In this document: positions 55,952 through 64,000 of the stretch, in pieces
Position numbering within the stretch: the first letter of the stretch is position 1
Layout of the letters: each line of letters starts with the position of its first letter
Source: the human T2T-CHM13v2.0 reference genome, Homo sapiens
Direction: 5' to 3' (one strand)
Assembly (NCBI RefSeq): GCF_009914755.1
Contig: NC_060933.1
Length of the DNA: 64,000 nucleotides
Made by a program: the position numbers and the translations under genes
Notes under the pieces: model-generated
Database searches by the model: none
The model's input: only the letters and a program-made list of their open reading frames with translations
Told to the model about the DNA's origin: nothing

Positions 55952-56620
55952 GGGCGGGCGGGCGCGCGGGAGGACGATGCGTGGACCCGGAGAGTGCGGG
56001 GAGCCGGAGGCGGAGGCGGGCGGGGCCGCGGGACCGCGGGGTAGGGGCCCCGGGGCGGGACGAGGGGCGGGAGGCCGGGCGGGCCCGCCCATCACCGGCC
56101 ACGCCCACGGGCGGACAGGTTTCGCCTCCGCTCCCAAGCTTCCGCCGTCCGGCCCGCGCAGGTGAGAGACGCGGGCGCGGCTGAGTCACCAGCACCGCCC
56201 CCCGGCTCCCGGGTCTGAGCCCGGGCGCCCCGCGGCTATGGCCCACCTTCCCCTTCCCGCCCACTCAGCAAGGGGATCCCCCGGCCGTGGAGGCAGGAGA
56301 CCTGGCGTGGGGGTGGGCGGGCGAGGCTGGCTCGGAGGGTCCTGTGCTGGAGAGCCGCGCTTTTCCCGGGCCCGGGAAAGGAGGCCAGACTCGCTTGCAG
56401 GAATGAGGCACTGTCGGCTGCGGAGCCACGCGGGGCCCGGGCTGGGGACTCAGGAGGAAGCCGAGGGTCAGCACCTGTTTGTGGAGCAGGGCCCTGAGCG
56501 CCAACTCCCAGGGCTGGTGAGGACCAGGCTGGCCTGCGGGATGCCCTCCCGGCCAGCAAGGATCCGCCAGCCTGCGGCGCTGAGCCAGCGCAGGTCAGCT
56601 CCAGAGACACGCAGCTGACC
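55400..56620. promoter_or_regulatory. CpG island, ENTPD2 promoter
   Basis: CpG-dense, several GC boxes upstream of the ATG, AP-1 heptamer TGAGTCA at 56182-56188. Confidence 0.85.
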
Positions 56621-58204
56621 CAGGCCAGAACTACCCTTGAGGCCCAGTCAGATCCACCTCACCTGGGCCCTGTACTGAGGTGAAGGTGAGGACGCAGGAA
56701 CGGGGAAGGGGAGGGACGGCCCAGGTCACACCGAGCCGAGAAACAGAGGAGAAGCAGCACAGACCGGGCCAAAGGTCCATACCTCCCAGCCCAGGGCCTC
56801 GGCCGCGCCTGCTGCCCCCTCGGCCTGAGGGGAACAGAGGCTTGGGCTGCGGAGGCCAGAGGAGGCTTCCCCAGGACGGAAACAGGTGGGGCCTCTACGT
56901 GGCCTGAAAGGCAAGGAAGAGGGTCCCCAGGCCAGGCTTGGGGTGCGGGTCAGCAACAGGCTTCTGGGGACGGCTGGGGCAGGCGAAGCGCAGCTGGCCC
57001 CAGACGCAAGCCCTGCTCCTCCGTCCCACGACATGGCTGGCCTTTCGGCTCTGCAGCCTCACAGGCCCCGCATCCCAGCCCGGCCAGGGGCCACCCCCTT
57101 TGCGCCTGCTGCAAAGTGGGAATTCTTGTCCCAATAATTCCAGCCACACAGCGTCAGGGAGCCACGAGGCAAGGCCACCAGGGAGTGCAGGCTGCTGGGG
57201 CCCAAAGGGCAGCCCCATGGGGCAGGGTCCAGACCATGCCCGGCCTTCTGGAACGGGCAGTGACAATTGTGCTGGGATTGCTGCCTGGGCTGAGGGTCTG
57301 GCGCCACAGGCCCAGTAAAGGCATCTTTCTTCCAGCTCAGGACCCCAAAGGGAGGGGTGGGAACCCTGGGAAGCCTCTCTGCTGCCTCAGCCTCACAGCC
57401 CAGCCTGGCGGGGCTCCAGCAGGCAATCTCTGGGTGTTGCCGGTGCTAAGCTCCAGGCCCCAGGCCCCAGTTTCCCCCCACACACCCCAGGCCTTTCTTC
57501 CACCCCTGACCGCCCAGAGGAGGGAGAGGCACGCACAGTGCACATCATGCCTGAAAAGGAAGGAACAAAGGCCGCCCAGAGGCAGGGTGCTGCGACCCCC
57601 ACTGGCCTGCGGTACCCCGCTTCCCTCCAGGCCCAGCGGGGCTTCCTGGTGTTCTGGACTCTTTTCATGGACAAAAAGCTCAAGCCAGGGAGTGGGAGGT
57701 CTGCCAGGCCTGAGAGGATGGGGAGGGAGAGGGGAGCTGGACTCTGCCCCGGGGAGACAGGCTCATGGCCGAGTGCCCAGCTTCGCCTGCGGAGGGAGAG
57801 GCAGGGAGCCCAGAGCGGCCAGGACAAAGGCTGAGGCTGAGCTCTCTTTGAGACGGAGTGAGGGCGGGGGAACGCCCCTTCCTGGCATGGACTCAGGGAC
57901 CCTGGAAGGCAGACTTGGGAGAGCGTCAGAGGGAAGCTGGCAGGAGCTGAAGGGGTGGAGGGGCCTCTGGGTGGGGCAGCTCTCGGCTTCCAGGACCCTC
58001 TCGGGGATGGGGCCTCCAGATGTGCTGCACATGACCCCGGCTGAGCTGGGAACATGCGGATGCAGAGAGGTTAGGGGAGAACCCCTGGGGGAGGGAACTC
58101 GGAGCCTCCCGCCCACGCAGGGCTCAGACCTCCCAGGGAGGGGGGCTTTCCTGAGGCCTGCTGACATCTTGGCTGCCCTGCCTCAGTCTCCACATCAGAA
58201 GCTT

Positions 58205-64000
<5,796 letters not shown>

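Overview
GC-rich, Alu-dense human DNA recognisable as the 9q34.3 ABCA2-FUT7-NPDC1-ENTPD2 interval. Four complete protein-coding genes lie in tandem on the minus strand, and I rebuilt each exon by exon from GT-AG junctions: ABCA2 (49 coding exons including a 3-nt microexon, 7311 nt, 2436 aa, plus alternative first exon 1B), FUT7 (342 aa), NPDC1 (325 aa) and ENTPD2 (495 aa). A two-exon plus-strand ORF matches C9orf139/LINC02908 (190 aa, doubtful coding status). The flanks (1-7.5 kb, 57-64 kb) are Alu/LTR mosaics. I saw no rRNA, tRNA or CRISPR. The most striking feature is ENTPD2 intron 6: all but 78 nt of it is an array of 30 x 36-bp units, each a copy of the exon 6/intron 6 junction. This gives 29 extra in-frame, stop-free donor candidates and 8 frameshifting GTAAGG donor candidates, so it may act as a copy-number-dependent splicing element. 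Other notable items are the ABCA2 microexon and a neighbouring distal branch point, an in-frame uORF just before the NPDC1 start, an Alu with four left arms hosting an LTR13, a self-templated inversion in an Alu, and several G-rich VNTRs beside splice sites or promoters. Gene and repeat family names come from recognising the sequence; no search was run.
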